This document shows, piece by piece, positions 1-10,317 of a DNA stretch of 64,000 nucleotides. The notes under the pieces were generated by a model. That model was not told where the DNA came from. It was given only the letters and a program-made list of their open reading frames with translations, and did not search any database. The DNA is from a virus (taxonomy: Duplodnaviria; Caudoviricetes): positions 1 through 64,000 of the IMG/VR virus record IMGVR_UViG_3300035522_000179. One strand, 5' to 3'. Position numbers and translations under genes: made by a program. Every line of letters starts with the position of its first letter. Within the stretch, counting starts at the first letter, position 1.

Positions 1-497
1 TACGCTGCGGTTTCGGTAATTCTCATCGAGGTATAATCATTCTTAAGTTCATTATCTTCATCAACTACTACGGTGAGTGATCGATTCATAAGAGAGGTTA
101 CAATCGTTCCTCCTGAAGTTTTTAAAGGAGGAAGACCACTAAGCTCTCTGTAGTAGTCATTCGGTTCACTAAAGTTATTTATAATTTCTGCTCTTTTATT
201 TGCTAAGAGCAAATCTGCTACAGCAGATGGAATCACCTTTGGATCTGTCTTATATCTTTCGATTAGATATTCACTGTAGACTCCAGCTGCATTAAAATCT
301 GCATCAGTGTATTCATGTGTTCCAAAGCTATCTCGTTGGTTTACTGCATCAATATAGCAGTCCACATATTTCTTTGATTCCAAAGTTTCGTAAGCTTCTG
401 CTTTGACACTGAATTTCACTACAAGACCAGAAAGAATTGTATTTAATTCTTCGTATAATTGCGATAACGGATTTAACTCCGAAGTCTCATAATTCAT
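1..497 (-). CDS. 5' part of a large protein running off the window, probably virion structural
   Basis: Open frame from ATG at 497 (MNYETSELNPL...EPNDYYRELSGLPP...) to the window edge; RBS and CACA-N6-TAA late-type motif upstream. Confidence 0.55.
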   Translation of the reverse strand, partial: MNYETSELNPLSQLYEELNTILSGLVVKFSVKAEAYETLESKKYVDCYIDAVNQRDSFGTHEYTDADFNAAGVYSEYLIERYKTDPKVIPSAVADLLLANKRAEIINNFSEPNDYYRELSGLPPLKTSGGTIVTSLMNRSLTVVVDEDNELKNDYTSMRITETAA

Positions 498-573
498 CTC
501 AATATACCTTCTTTCTTTTTGGTTAAAGAAATGTGCCGTGAAAAATGTTTTAAAATATATGACAATTCTATAA

Positions 574-736
574 GGCATAGTAACATTTCACGTTTTCTAG
601 CTGGTAAGTTGGTGTTCTTTTTCATGGTAAGATCAGTTTAAATGCCTCCCGTGTTTTTCTTAGGTTTGATGAAAATACCCGTTGCTATGTCGAAAGAAGA
701 ATGAGTGACTTTAGATTGCTAAGGTCACTCGTTTTT
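574..736 (+). ncRNA. Candidate late small RNA
   Basis: GACA-N6-TAA at 561-573; 574-584 pairs with 681-691; intrinsic terminator 703-736; no ORF. Confidence 0.45.
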
Positions 737-776
737 CATCCCTTCAACAAAATGAATAAAGGATGGTGATAAAAAC

Positions 777-1418
777 ATGCCAAAAAATTTGCCTGATATT
801 GAATATGCAGAAAATTCTGAAAATCGTTCTATATTACCATTTGTGGATTCCAAGAAATCCCTTTATCAAATACCGTTTTATAAGGACGAAGACTACTTTT
901 CAAATTTAGACTCTTATACGAAATTTGTAAAAGACGTTGAAAAGCAAGTAAGAAGTTCGGATCGGTATTCCAAATATAAGAAATTCTTAATGGATGAAGT
1001 AAAGCTTGACCACTGTCAGGTTTTAACAAATATTACAAAGGACGATGCGGATATTGAATTGCATCATGGACCAATCTTTACGCTGTATGACTATTGCTGT
1101 ATTGTGTTAGAATGGAACTTAATGCATAAGAATAAAATCACAACGTACCGAATTGCTGACGAAGTATTAACTTGTCACGAAAAAAATATGGTGCAGTTGG
1201 TGATGCTATCTTCTACAATGCATGAGCAGGTTCATGACAGAAATATCTTTATTTCAATTGATCAAGCATATGGGGATTTAAATGCATTCATTCAAAAATA
1301 CAATGAAGCGATAGGTCCTGATTTTAGAGAAAAAATAAACCGTTACATTGATCGATCTATGATCTCTGGTTCAAACGATTACGGATTACTTGATTTAGAC
1401 AAAAAAATATGGAGCTAG
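777..1418 (+). CDS. HNH-like fold protein, paralog of 9658-10317
   Basis: C...IELHHGPIFTLYD...LSSTMHEQVH pattern shared with 9658-10317. Confidence 0.5.
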   Translation: MPKNLPDIEYAENSENRSILPFVDSKKSLYQIPFYKDEDYFSNLDSYTKFVKDVEKQVRSSDRYSKYKKFLMDEVKLDHCQVLTNITKDDADIELHHGPIFTLYDYCCIVLEWNLMHKNKITTYRIADEVLTCHEKNMVQLVMLSSTMHEQVHDRNIFISIDQAYGDLNAFIQKYNEAIGPDFREKINRYIDRSMISGSNDYGLLDLDKKIWS

Positions 1419-1442
1419 GAATAACCCAGCTCCATATTTTTT
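1402..1442. terminator. Bidirectional intrinsic terminator
   Basis: aaaaaatatggagct...agctccatatttttt between convergent genes. Confidence 0.75.
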
Positions 1443-1460
1443 GTACTCAATTGGTTCGAC

Positions 1461-1676
1461 TTACATCGGATATTTCTCTCTTGCTTCAGGAGGCATGTTG
1501 ATCCATCTTTCTCTCAGCTCTTTGTTTAACTTCATCTCTTCGATGTCCTTCTTGAGCCTGTTGTCCCTGTTTGACTTGTAGCAAAATCCAAATGTAGCTG
1601 CACCGATGATCGAAAGCCATACAACCTCTTTCGATACGGTAACGTCCAGTGATAATTTGTTTGAAAAGTCTTTCAT
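1461..1676 (-). CDS. Small membrane protein, hypothetical
   Basis: One hydrophobic segment; aaggag RBS. Confidence 0.6.
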   Translation of the reverse strand: MKDFSNKLSLDVTVSKEVVWLSIIGAATFGFCYKSNRDNRLKKDIEEMKLNKELRERWINMPPEAREKYPM

Positions 1677-1690
1677 AATGATTCTCCTTT

Positions 1691-2161
1691 CTACTTGGTT
1701 GTGCGTCTGAACAAATCGTTCTGCTCATTGCAAATGACCTGATTGGTTTCTCTAACTTGTTCATTGATTTGGTTCACCTGCTCAGTGATTCTCTCAGCTT
1801 CTTTTTGCATTTTCCTCAATTTCTTAATTTCCTCAACTTCTTTTCGCATTTTCCTCATTCTCTCTGGAAACAAGAGCAAGCCCCAGAATGCTTTACACTC
1901 TTTAGGTGTCATTCCTCTTTCAGGTATAAACCTTCCTTCCAACTCTGAAATTTGTTTACGGGTTTCTGCAATTGCTTTGTCCAAATCTCTTATGGACTCT
2001 TTCAGTCTGCTGATTGCACTTTTACGTTCTTCAGGGAAGCAAACTCTGTCTACAAGATTTGTAATCTCGTATTCGTACTGAGCTTTTAATACCTTGTAAT
2101 CCTGAAGTTCTTGTTCCAGCTGCTGAATTTCATAGAACGTTTTTCTGTTCTCATCTGTCAT
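1691..2161 (-). CDS. Coiled-coil hypothetical protein
   Basis: 156-aa ORF, ggaggg RBS, heptad-rich. Confidence 0.7.
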   Translation of the reverse strand: MTDENRKTFYEIQQLEQELQDYKVLKAQYEYEITNLVDRVCFPEERKSAISRLKESIRDLDKAIAETRKQISELEGRFIPERGMTPKECKAFWGLLLFPERMRKMRKEVEEIKKLRKMQKEAERITEQVNQINEQVRETNQVICNEQNDLFRRTTK

Positions 2162-2194
2162 GTCTTTCCCTCCTCTGGATCATAGAAACAGTTG

Positions 2195-2686
2195 TTAAAA
2201 ATCTGCTGTAAGTATCCGAGCCTGCATTTCAAGAACGTCCAAGTTGTTTCTGTCACAAAGCGTATTGAACCAGTTAAATACTTCTTGTGCAACATCGGTT
2301 CTAGTTAATTCGGAGTTGTAGGTAGCGATGAAACAGAACTTGTAGAAATCATCATCCTCTTCCAAGAAGAAATCCGGATCATCTTTGAAGTTAAATTCAT
2401 AAAGATCAGGATGGGTAGGATCAACCACTCTACAAGCGGCAATCATAGAATTGAAGATCCTGCTTGCTCTCTCGATGAAGGGATCATCGAGGCGATACTG
2501 TCTAGTTGCATCATCAGTTGCTAAAATAATAATTCTGCCAGCTTCATGAGGAGTAAGATTGTAAGCTCTGCAATACCAATCGAAATATGTTTCTCCATAC
2601 TTACGTACTGGGAGATTCATATTCATTTCAGCAACCATTTTCTTTACAACTTCTTTCACATTTTTCAACATAATCATTTCCTCCAT
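2195..2686 (-). CDS. Hypothetical protein (early)
   Basis: ORF with early-type motif upstream at about 2794-2813; the true start may be a downstream Met. Confidence 0.7.
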   Translation of the reverse strand: MEEMIMLKNVKEVVKKMVAEMNMNLPVRKYGETYFDWYCRAYNLTPHEAGRIIILATDDATRQYRLDDPFIERASRIFNSMIAACRVVDPTHPDLYEFNFKDDPDFFLEEDDDFYKFCFIATYNSELTRTDVAQEVFNWFNTLCDRNNLDVLEMQARILTADF

Positions 2687-2919
2687 GATTAATAGATTTC
2701 AGAATCGTTCGTAACCTACTAGATATTCTGATTGGTGTGATATTCACTTTCATTCTGAATAATATAGCTTTCTTAAGGTTATATCTATTCGAATTCACAA
2801 TAATGATATATCACTGAGATAAATGACTTTTCGACTTACGGATATTCAGGAACACAGAAAAGATACAAAAAAGAAGGACCTGCCAAAACCAGCAGCATCC
2901 TTCTTTATGTTGTTGCTTA

Positions 2920-3240
2920 TTAAAGATCTTCGTCCCAACTTACCGCCTTTTTCATGAGAGATTCCTCATCATAGTCATCCTCTTCATCAAGATCAAGGAA
3001 CTCAAGATCATCCTCGGATGTATTTGCTTCTGCAATATCCTTGTCGATCTTTTCCTGACTCTCAACGATCTCAGTAATGGCTTTCTTCGCGGAACGATGC
3101 AGGGTAACGATATTTCTGATAGCAACGTAAGTACCAACTAGTAATATAGCAGTTCCTATAACCTTATGCTTTCTCCAGAACTTCACTTTGCAATCAACCT
3201 GCTCCAGTTTTAAAACAACGAAATCCTTAATAATACTCAT
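2920..3240 (-). CDS. Membrane-anchored protein with acidic tail
   Basis: TM segment VIGTAILLVGTYVAI; aaggagg RBS. Confidence 0.7.
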   Translation of the reverse strand: MSIIKDFVVLKLEQVDCKVKFWRKHKVIGTAILLVGTYVAIRNIVTLHRSAKKAITEIVESQEKIDKDIAEANTSEDDLEFLDLDEEDDYDEESLMKKAVSWDEDL

Positions 3241-3291
3241 AGTCTTTTCCTCCTTTTCATTGTGACTATTTTGTTTATCTGTTATCCATGA

Positions 3292-3402
3292 TTAGAGAAC
3301 TATCATTGCTGCAACAACGAAGCTTAAAGCATAGACAACCATGATACCAACGCTCAGCGCCAACACTACAGAACTAAAACGATTCATAAAATTTGTACTC
3401 AT
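3292..3402 (-). CDS. 36-aa hydrophobic peptide (not in ORF track)
   Basis: MSTNFMNRFSSVVLALSVGIMVVYALSFVVAAMIVL; aaggagg RBS; downstream of an early motif. Confidence 0.6.
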   Translation of the reverse strand: MSTNFMNRFSSVVLALSVGIMVVYALSFVVAAMIVL

Positions 3403-3586
3403 AACTTTTTCCTCCTTGGAATTGTATTAAGTTTTTATGGTTCCATATTCAGTTTCATTCTGGATAGTATAGTTTTTATTACTATATCTATTCGAATTCA
3501 CAAAAATGATATATCAATGAGAATATTGACTTTTCACATCTTTTGACACAATCCATATAAGTATAAAAATAACGGAGGACTTTATT

Positions 3587-4171
3587 ATGAGTGCTTTTGA
3601 AATTTTCGCATTAATATGTATTGGATGTGTGCTTTCCCTTGGAATCTTTTGGGGCGCAGCTATGGGATTTGATAACTATGTTGATGAAAGTGTTAATACA
3701 CGAAAAAAGAAACGTCTCATCAAAAAATTAAACAAAGTCAAAGCAATGTCCGACGAAGAGAAAATGGAATATGGGGAAGAAAAGATCATCAAACTCAAAA
3801 CGAACTTAGATGAGCTTATTGAGATGAATAAGAAACCCCAAGAAACAAAACCCTTAGGGATTGGTGATATTGAGCTTACCAATAAAGTGAAAGAACTCAT
3901 TGACGATATGATTGCAAATGAAACTTATAGTTATTTAAGATCTTTTGTGGCAATTCGTCAAAAATACGATATTACAAAATTGGATGTAGGGATCAAAGAA
4001 ATTAGTAACAATGTGATTGAAGGAATTAATCCGGCTTTATTTAAAACCGAAGGATTATTCTACACTCCAGAATATCTCATGCATTATATTGTGGATAAAA
4101 CGTATTCTGTGTTATTACAAACAGTGGAGTCCTATAACTCAGAATTACAGACATCTGATTTTGTAAAATAA
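3587..4171 (+). CDS. Membrane-anchored hypothetical protein
   Basis: N-terminal TM helix; ggagg RBS. Confidence 0.7.
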   Translation: MSAFEIFALICIGCVLSLGIFWGAAMGFDNYVDESVNTRKKKRLIKKLNKVKAMSDEEKMEYGEEKIIKLKTNLDELIEMNKKPQETKPLGIGDIELTNKVKELIDDMIANETYSYLRSFVAIRQKYDITKLDVGIKEISNNVIEGINPALFKTEGLFYTPEYLMHYIVDKTYSVLLQTVESYNSELQTSDFVK

Positions 4172-4175
4172 GAAA

Positions 4176-4214
4176 AAAATATCTTAGCATGTTTTTTACA
4201 TGCTAAGATATTTT
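4176..4214. terminator. Bidirectional terminator
   Basis: aaaatatcttagcatgt / acatgctaagatatttt inverted repeat between convergent genes. Confidence 0.8.
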
Positions 4215-4968
4215 ATATCGCGATTTTCACTAAAGGAATCAAAATCGTTGTGAAGTTGTAAGAGATGTCCAGTTCATTCTTTTTGTCTTCCCAATAATCA
4301 TTGTACTGATCCTCCGTTCCAATCACATTAAATTTTGAGTTGGTATTAAATTCCCTGTAAAAATCTACTGATAAATCACGCAGTTTATACCTGCTACAAA
4401 TTCGATTCAAGTACACCACTACGTCTTGTACCGTTCCGGTTTCCATCTTCTTAAAGTAAGTTCTAAGAATCTTCATCATGCCATCTTCATGAAGTTTTAG
4501 AATCTCATCATCGATTCCTTTCACATCTAACTTCTCAGGAGAATAATAAAACTCTAAGTTCTTTAACTGCATGAAAGAAGAATAGATATTCTTTACCTGG
4601 AACTCTACCGTTTTGAAGGTAGTCTTTTCACAAAGCTTGGTTGTGAATATGGCATCTTTCTTTACGGAAATAATATCATTAAGATCTAAGTTGTTCTCTT
4701 CGTAAAACTTTGCTCTCATCTTTTCGAAAGCATCGTTTAACTTCTTTGAAAACTCAGCGTCTTTTCTCTTCTTACCGATATAGACAACTCTTCTTTGTTT
4801 ATCTAAAGATCGAATTTTTTCAATCTCTTTGTTTGGTAATAACTTGTAGTACTCAATTAAGCTAATATCCGCGCTGTGCATATCGTATTCATAAATAGTG
4901 CGGTTGAATAGATAGAGAATATTTTTATTCGTAAACGCAGACTTCTTTTCAAAGTGTTCTGGTAGCAT
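4213..4968 (-). CDS. Small family-B-like DNA polymerase palm-domain protein
   Basis: YEYDMHSA (motif A-like) and IISVKKDAIF (motif C-like) with finger-like helices between. Confidence 0.45.
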   Translation of the reverse strand: MLPEHFEKKSAFTNKNILYLFNRTIYEYDMHSADISLIEYYKLLPNKEIEKIRSLDKQRRVVYIGKKRKDAEFSKKLNDAFEKMRAKFYEENNLDLNDIISVKKDAIFTTKLCEKTTFKTVEFQVKNIYSSFMQLKNLEFYYSPEKLDVKGIDDEILKLHEDGMMKILRTYFKKMETGTVQDVVVYLNRICSRYKLRDLSVDFYREFNTNSKFNVIGTEDQYNDYWEDKKNELDISYNFTTILIPLVKIAI

Positions 4969-4971
4969 AAT

Positions 4972-5622
4972 TTACCTCACAAAGAACTCATAAAGAAGTT
5001 CTTTCATTGTATGTCTGTCTAACCCTGCAGAATAGATATTCATCTTCTTTAAGGTTTTCTTCATCTCTTCTGTACTCATATTCACCACAAGTTCTTTTCT
5101 CCCAGAAGGAGTCTTCATTAATTCCTTGTGTTTCCTTTTCGTTTCAGATTCAATGACTTCGTTACACCGTTCAATGCAAGCCTCTAAGTTTAATTCCCTC
5201 ATGGTGGGAACTTCCTTTTTCAACTTGTACTTCTTATAGTCTACCAAGGGATACCCAAACTCTTCTTTCACATATTTGGATAAGACCTTCATATACTTAA
5301 GTCCCCATTCCTTATAAGTACAAAGGAAGATCACAGGGATTCTTTCTTCAATGACTCCTTTGATAATCACCGCAAGAGTTAATTTGTGTTTGTCTAAATA
5401 CTTTTTGTATTCCTTTTCGAAAAAGTCTGGATCCAATCCAATCCGGTAATCTGCAAGAAGAATATCTGGTGGGAATAAATCTCTGCATAAAATCACAGAC
5501 TTCTCATCATAGTTTTTCCGAATTCTCTTGGAAATGATTACGAACTGTGTTTTCTCAATTTTCTTTGGATCCTCTTTTGAAAAGACTTTCATAAAGGTTT
5601 TTGTGTTCATCGTATAAATCAT
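4972..5622 (-). CDS. Hypothetical protein (weakly DUF488-like)
   Basis: F.KEYKKYL...VIFLC.YKE pattern. Confidence 0.4.
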   Translation of the reverse strand: MIYTMNTKTFMKVFSKEDPKKIEKTQFVIISKRIRKNYDEKSVILCRDLFPPDILLADYRIGLDPDFFEKEYKKYLDKHKLTLAVIIKGVIEERIPVIFLCTYKEWGLKYMKVLSKYVKEEFGYPLVDYKKYKLKKEVPTMRELNLEACIERCNEVIESETKRKHKELMKTPSGRKELVVNMSTEEMKKTLKKMNIYSAGLDRHTMKELLYEFFVR

Positions 5623-5720
5623 AATATCACCCTAGCCTTTCCGTGTATAAGTTTCATTCCTAAAAATAGTATATCTCTGTAAAAAAGAAAGGGGTTGATT
5701 TTTCTCAACCCCTTATACTT

Positions 5721-7313
5721 TTAATTTCTCTTAATGATCAACGGACCATTATGAGGTTTCGATCCAAGCCTCTGGATTCCCTCATGAGACGATGCATATT
5801 CGATTTTTTCTTCCATCTCAGTTTCCTCTTTTACAGGCTCCTGCGGAACATCGATATCAAAGTCCATATCATCTGCTTCATCAATAGGGATCCCAAGTGT
5901 CTCTGCGATCTTTTCATCGCTTCCGTTTGAAACAAGAATAACGTTCATGTTGTCTTCGCCTTTCTCGTCTTCACTTACTTGCGTTATTGTAGAAGCATTT
6001 ACTTCCACTTCTACTTTCGTTTCTTCTTTCTTAGTAGCTGTGTTCTCGACTTTATGAATTGTCAAGAAGTTCTCCGGAAGTTCCATGGTCTCTTCATCCT
6101 TATGATCTTCCCTGTACACTGTGAAGTAGTAGTTCAAAACGTTTGCATAATGCTTGAACGCTTTGATGATCTCTTTGAAATCCATCACAAATGTCTCAAG
6201 GAAGTAATCGATTCCACCATCTCCCAAAACCGTGTCATCCTCATCCTGAAGAAGATTCAAGAAGTACTCAATATCATCATCAGAAGATTCCGTATCTTCA
6301 ATCAAACCAGAGAGATACTCAAAATCTACATACGGATTCTCGAATCTTGAGGTTGCCTTTGTCAATACCTCATTGATATAATCCAGTGCAATGGAGTTTT
6401 CTTCCAGTTCTGCCTGATCTAAGAACTGCTGGATTCCAGTCTTTGTGGTATCATCGATATAATACACCAGAAAATCAACTACAGGTTCTCCGTTTGCTGT
6501 AACCCCATCTTCGGTATAACTCATTACGAAAACCTTCGTGTTATCCATCTTCACCAACTGGTTGACGAAGCTCTTGAACAACTGATTTCCCTGACGAACT
6601 ACCAATACGGGTCCAGCGATAATTGCGATTGCAACTTCAACGAAAGACCTGCAAGCTTTGTAATCCTCTGATGTATAATCGCACTTTGCTTTAAGCAGTC
6701 CGAAGGTGCTAAGCACATGAGACTTGAAAGTCTTCCAAGGATCATTGATTACCTGATCTCCTGTTTCATCATCAAGAATCAAAACCGGAAAAGCTTCATC
6801 TAAAGTTTTCGGCTCATTCTCTTCCACGATATCTTCAATGGTTTCATCCTCATCATCATCCTCTTCAGTCTCAGTAGGAGAATCAGAATGAATCTGGATT
6901 CCCAAAACTTTGCAGGAAGATTCGTTTGGGGTAAAGAGTGGGACCGTTTTCTCTGTACGTTCACTTAACTTTTCAGAAAGAATCTTGGCAAGACCAGTTT
7001 CCTCTTCTTCCTCATTCTCTTCCAATCCACCCATAAGTCCTCCGATGGATTTTACATCGGATTTCTGATTCGTGCTTTTAACGGACGGATCGATACGCAA
7101 AGGCTCCTGATTCGGATACGAATCAATGGTATGCACAGTAAGTCTTGCAGGAGATTTCTTAAACTTCTCCTCGTCTTTCACAGGTGGTGCCGGTTTCGCA
7201 CCACCTATTGAATTTAACATTTCTTCGATTTCCTGGCTTTTCTTCAACTGATCATCCACGGTCATATTTGCATAATCAGTCTCAAACCCGGAAAATTTTG
7301 TTTTCTTTCCCAT
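5721..7313 (-). CDS. Acidic hypothetical protein
   Basis: 530-aa ORF in an operon with the kinase-like gene. Confidence 0.75.
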   Translation of the reverse strand: MGKKTKFSGFETDYANMTVDDQLKKSQEIEEMLNSIGGAKPAPPVKDEEKFKKSPARLTVHTIDSYPNQEPLRIDPSVKSTNQKSDVKSIGGLMGGLEENEEEEETGLAKILSEKLSERTEKTVPLFTPNESSCKVLGIQIHSDSPTETEEDDDEDETIEDIVEENEPKTLDEAFPVLILDDETGDQVINDPWKTFKSHVLSTFGLLKAKCDYTSEDYKACRSFVEVAIAIIAGPVLVVRQGNQLFKSFVNQLVKMDNTKVFVMSYTEDGVTANGEPVVDFLVYYIDDTTKTGIQQFLDQAELEENSIALDYINEVLTKATSRFENPYVDFEYLSGLIEDTESSDDDIEYFLNLLQDEDDTVLGDGGIDYFLETFVMDFKEIIKAFKHYANVLNYYFTVYREDHKDEETMELPENFLTIHKVENTATKKEETKVEVEVNASTITQVSEDEKGEDNMNVILVSNGSDEKIAETLGIPIDEADDMDFDIDVPQEPVKEETEMEEKIEYASSHEGIQRLGSKPHNGPLIIKRN

Positions 7314-7315
7314 CG

Positions 7316-8203
7316 TTAGTTGTCTCCTTTCATATACTTCTCTAACATTTCATCCGCTGTTGGTTGATAATCCTCCAAGGAATCATACTGAGATTTCTTC
7401 TTCGTGTCTACAGGCTTTTCTTTCTTTACCTTCTTCTTCGGTACGTCCGTAAACTTCGGATTAAGCGGTACCATGGAATATTCTTCTTTTACCGTATATC
7501 CTTTCGTACGGATATCTCCAATCTCATCTTGTTCCTGTTTCCTCGGGATTCTCCTTCGCACATCTCTAAAGGAGTGCTTCTTTTTACAAAACGGACAAAT
7601 TAGATAGTTGTAATCGTTATCGTAATAAAGTATTCCTCTGTCCTCACAAGTACACTGAAATACCTGATAGGATAACTGATAGATGTAAGCAAAATCCAAA
7701 ATGATAATTGCTCCATCGGTTTGTCGATATCCCCAGTTTTCATAATTCTTTGTGGTGATTCCGATATCTCCGATCAAAAACGTTTCATTTAAAATCTTCA
7801 ATATCTTTCTCATCGCAATCTGATTGGATGACATATTAAAGTCATCCTCTGTGAATACCTCTACATATTCACAAACTCCGATTAATCCATTGAGCATACA
7901 CTCATAAAACTTAATTACATAAGGCTGCGCCGCTTTCGAATAGATGAACTCTCTTTTATTATCAGTTTTGCCATCTTCATCCAATGCGAACTTAAAACAG
8001 TAATCCTCAATCAGAATTGCAAACCGATTCGTTCCACTTCCCAATGGACTAAAGTCTACATTGTATGCTCTCAGAGTTTGTTGCAAGACAATGCTCTTTG
8101 AATTGTTGTCCACATCATGCATCATTGACAGTTTATCCAATTCGAAGATTAAATCCTTGCAAAAATACTTCTTAATCATACTATGAAGTTGTATTTCTTC
8201 CAT
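7316..8203 (-). CDS. Protein kinase-like fold protein with C-terminal Zn ribbon
   Basis: LGSGTNR glycine loop, FKFA lysine, helix-C Glu, GDIG...NWG catalytic loop, IILDFAY; CTC...CPFC. Confidence 0.7.
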   Translation of the reverse strand: MEEIQLHSMIKKYFCKDLIFELDKLSMMHDVDNNSKSIVLQQTLRAYNVDFSPLGSGTNRFAILIEDYCFKFALDEDGKTDNKREFIYSKAAQPYVIKFYECMLNGLIGVCEYVEVFTEDDFNMSSNQIAMRKILKILNETFLIGDIGITTKNYENWGYRQTDGAIIILDFAYIYQLSYQVFQCTCEDRGILYYDNDYNYLICPFCKKKHSFRDVRRRIPRKQEQDEIGDIRTKGYTVKEEYSMVPLNPKFTDVPKKKVKKEKPVDTKKKSQYDSLEDYQPTADEMLEKYMKGDN

Positions 8204-8209
8204 GATTCA

Positions 8210-9538
8210 TTAATCCTCCCATGACTCCATCTGCTTTGCGTAATCTTCGAAAGAATCATATCCTGCAGACCTTCCGATCTTATTATCGGATTTCTTGGAT
8301 TTCTTCTTTTTCTTCTTCTTGGTATTTACACCGCCACCGGAATCTCTTTCTTCATACCGCTTCTTTGCTTCTGCAAGACTTCTCTTAAGCCGTTTGATTT
8401 TCTTCTCATCCCGCTTCTTTGCCTGACGCATTTTCTTCTCATCTTCTTTATAGGAATAGAACTTTCTGATATTGAGTCCATTTCGTTCCAGAAGTTCCTT
8501 GAGTTCCAACTCGTCTGCTTCATCCTGCGTATAAGCACGATTCCGAATCACCACTTTTACATGGTCTCTTTCAAACTGCTCCAAAGTTGCCAGATATTTA
8601 TCCACATCTCCTCCATGGAAAATATTTCCTTTAAACTTCGGAACTTTATTTAATTTCTCCCTCTCATCATCCATCGCTCTGATTTCATCAAAAGACGATG
8701 CTGTAAGTTCATATGCCCAAGAAGAGGATATCCGGTCTCTCGCTCTTTGTGCTTTTCTAGAATCGTTGATTCCCATCACAAGGCTTCGATTTCCTTTCAG
8801 AAGTTTTCTTTGATTCTTCTTCTTTAACGGAACCACGATGTTTCTTCCTTCGACCTCATCCTCATCCAGATCGATCTTCTCCATCTCTTCTTCGGAGAGT
8901 GTTTCAATGGAGTTCATATATTCCTCCAAAGAACATCCTTCCAGATTCTCGAAGTCTTTCACATCATCATCCGTTACTTCTTCCCAGAAAGATTCATTTG
9001 ATTTCTTTATCAAATCCTTCGGATCCAGATCCTCGTTTAAGATATACTCCGTTACAATATCCCAGTTAATGTCTTTCTTTCCTTTTCCGAGATATTTCGG
9101 AATCTTAAGACCAGATACCTTAATAGATCCTTTCAATACTTTCTGGACAAATACATCTGGATCATAGATAAGATTCCCTTCTGCCACTTCTCTTAAGCAC
9201 TTCATGGAAATACGATATGCTTCGATATAAGAATCCAATCTTCTGTGTTTGATCTTCATCTTTCGAACTCCCTTGAATGCTTCATAGAATCGAAGCGTCG
9301 CTTTCCTTTCTTCTTCGGACATATGATACATATCCTTGAAGTCGTTCAAACAGACTTCATCATACTCCGCATACATTTTATCGATCTGACTCTGCGGCAA
9401 CCGTAATGGTTTTATATCCATAGGTTCCAATATGGAATGCTCAACATCTTTTGTCGGTTGTAAATTCGTCGGTTGAGATAGATCTATGGGATTCTCTGAG
9501 TCAGCATCGAGTACAAATTCTTCTACCTCTCTACCCAT
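8210..9538 (-). CDS. Hypothetical protein with lysine-rich C-terminus
   Basis: 442-aa ORF, RBS, early motif upstream. Confidence 0.75.
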   Translation of the reverse strand: MGREVEEFVLDADSENPIDLSQPTNLQPTKDVEHSILEPMDIKPLRLPQSQIDKMYAEYDEVCLNDFKDMYHMSEEERKATLRFYEAFKGVRKMKIKHRRLDSYIEAYRISMKCLREVAEGNLIYDPDVFVQKVLKGSIKVSGLKIPKYLGKGKKDINWDIVTEYILNEDLDPKDLIKKSNESFWEEVTDDDVKDFENLEGCSLEEYMNSIETLSEEEMEKIDLDEDEVEGRNIVVPLKKKNQRKLLKGNRSLVMGINDSRKAQRARDRISSSWAYELTASSFDEIRAMDDEREKLNKVPKFKGNIFHGGDVDKYLATLEQFERDHVKVVIRNRAYTQDEADELELKELLERNGLNIRKFYSYKEDEKKMRQAKKRDEKKIKRLKRSLAEAKKRYEERDSGGGVNTKKKKKKKSKKSDNKIGRSAGYDSFEDYAKQMESWED

Positions 9539-9657
9539 TGTTAAATTCTCCTTTCAATACTTAATCTACATATTTACAAACAAATAATATATTTGTGAAA
9601 TATAAAAAGAATTGTGAAAGTATCTATTTATATTTCAATAGATACTTTCACATGAAA

Positions 9658-10317
9658 TTAGGCTATGGCTTCGCCTTCTACTTCCATTTTTTCTACTTTA
9701 TCTACCCCTTCAATTTCAAGATACTCAAATTCTTTCTGAAGGGATTGGAAAGACTCTTCTGTTAAATTTTTCGTAGCTTCGATTCTGTTTGTGAATCTTT
9801 CGTAAATGGGATCTTCGATATACTCTGCATATTCTTTTACAAACTCTTTGAAATTCCCATACACCATATTGATTGGAATAAACAACTTTCCGGTATCATT
9901 CTTTATCGAGGAATGATACAACTGATGAACCGTCTTTGACAAAGGAATGAGCCCCACCATATTTCGATAGTGAAGTTCCATAACTTCCTCTGCAATATAA
10001 GATTCATTAATCGGCATTCCAGTTTCCATGTATTTGTTTAATACAATCGCTACGATATCATACAACGTAAATGGTTCATGGTGAATCTCAATTCTTGCTT
10101 TGGAATCTCCAGAATTTGAGATGTTGTGAAAGAAAGCACAAGAATTAAAATCCAGGTTTTCTTTTAAATAAAACATCAAATCTCGATATTCCAAAGATCC
10201 TCTTACGATTCTCTCCACTCTTTTAATAATTTTATCTTTTGCTTTTTCAGAATCCACCCTTAAAACATAATCGAAAGATTGCATCTTTCCTAATTTGGTT
10301 TTCTTTATTTTTGACAT
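9658..10317 (-). CDS. HNH-like fold protein, paralog of 777-1418
   Basis: IEIHHEPFTLYD...LSKTVHQLYH; AACA-N6-TAA upstream. Confidence 0.5.
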   Translation of the reverse strand: MSKIKKTKLGKMQSFDYVLRVDSEKAKDKIIKRVERIVRGSLEYRDLMFYLKENLDFNSCAFFHNISNSGDSKARIEIHHEPFTLYDIVAIVLNKYMETGMPINESYIAEEVMELHYRNMVGLIPLSKTVHQLYHSSIKNDTGKLFIPINMVYGNFKEFVKEYAEYIEDPIYERFTNRIEATKNLTEESFQSLQKEFEYLEIEGVDKVEKMEVEGEAIA

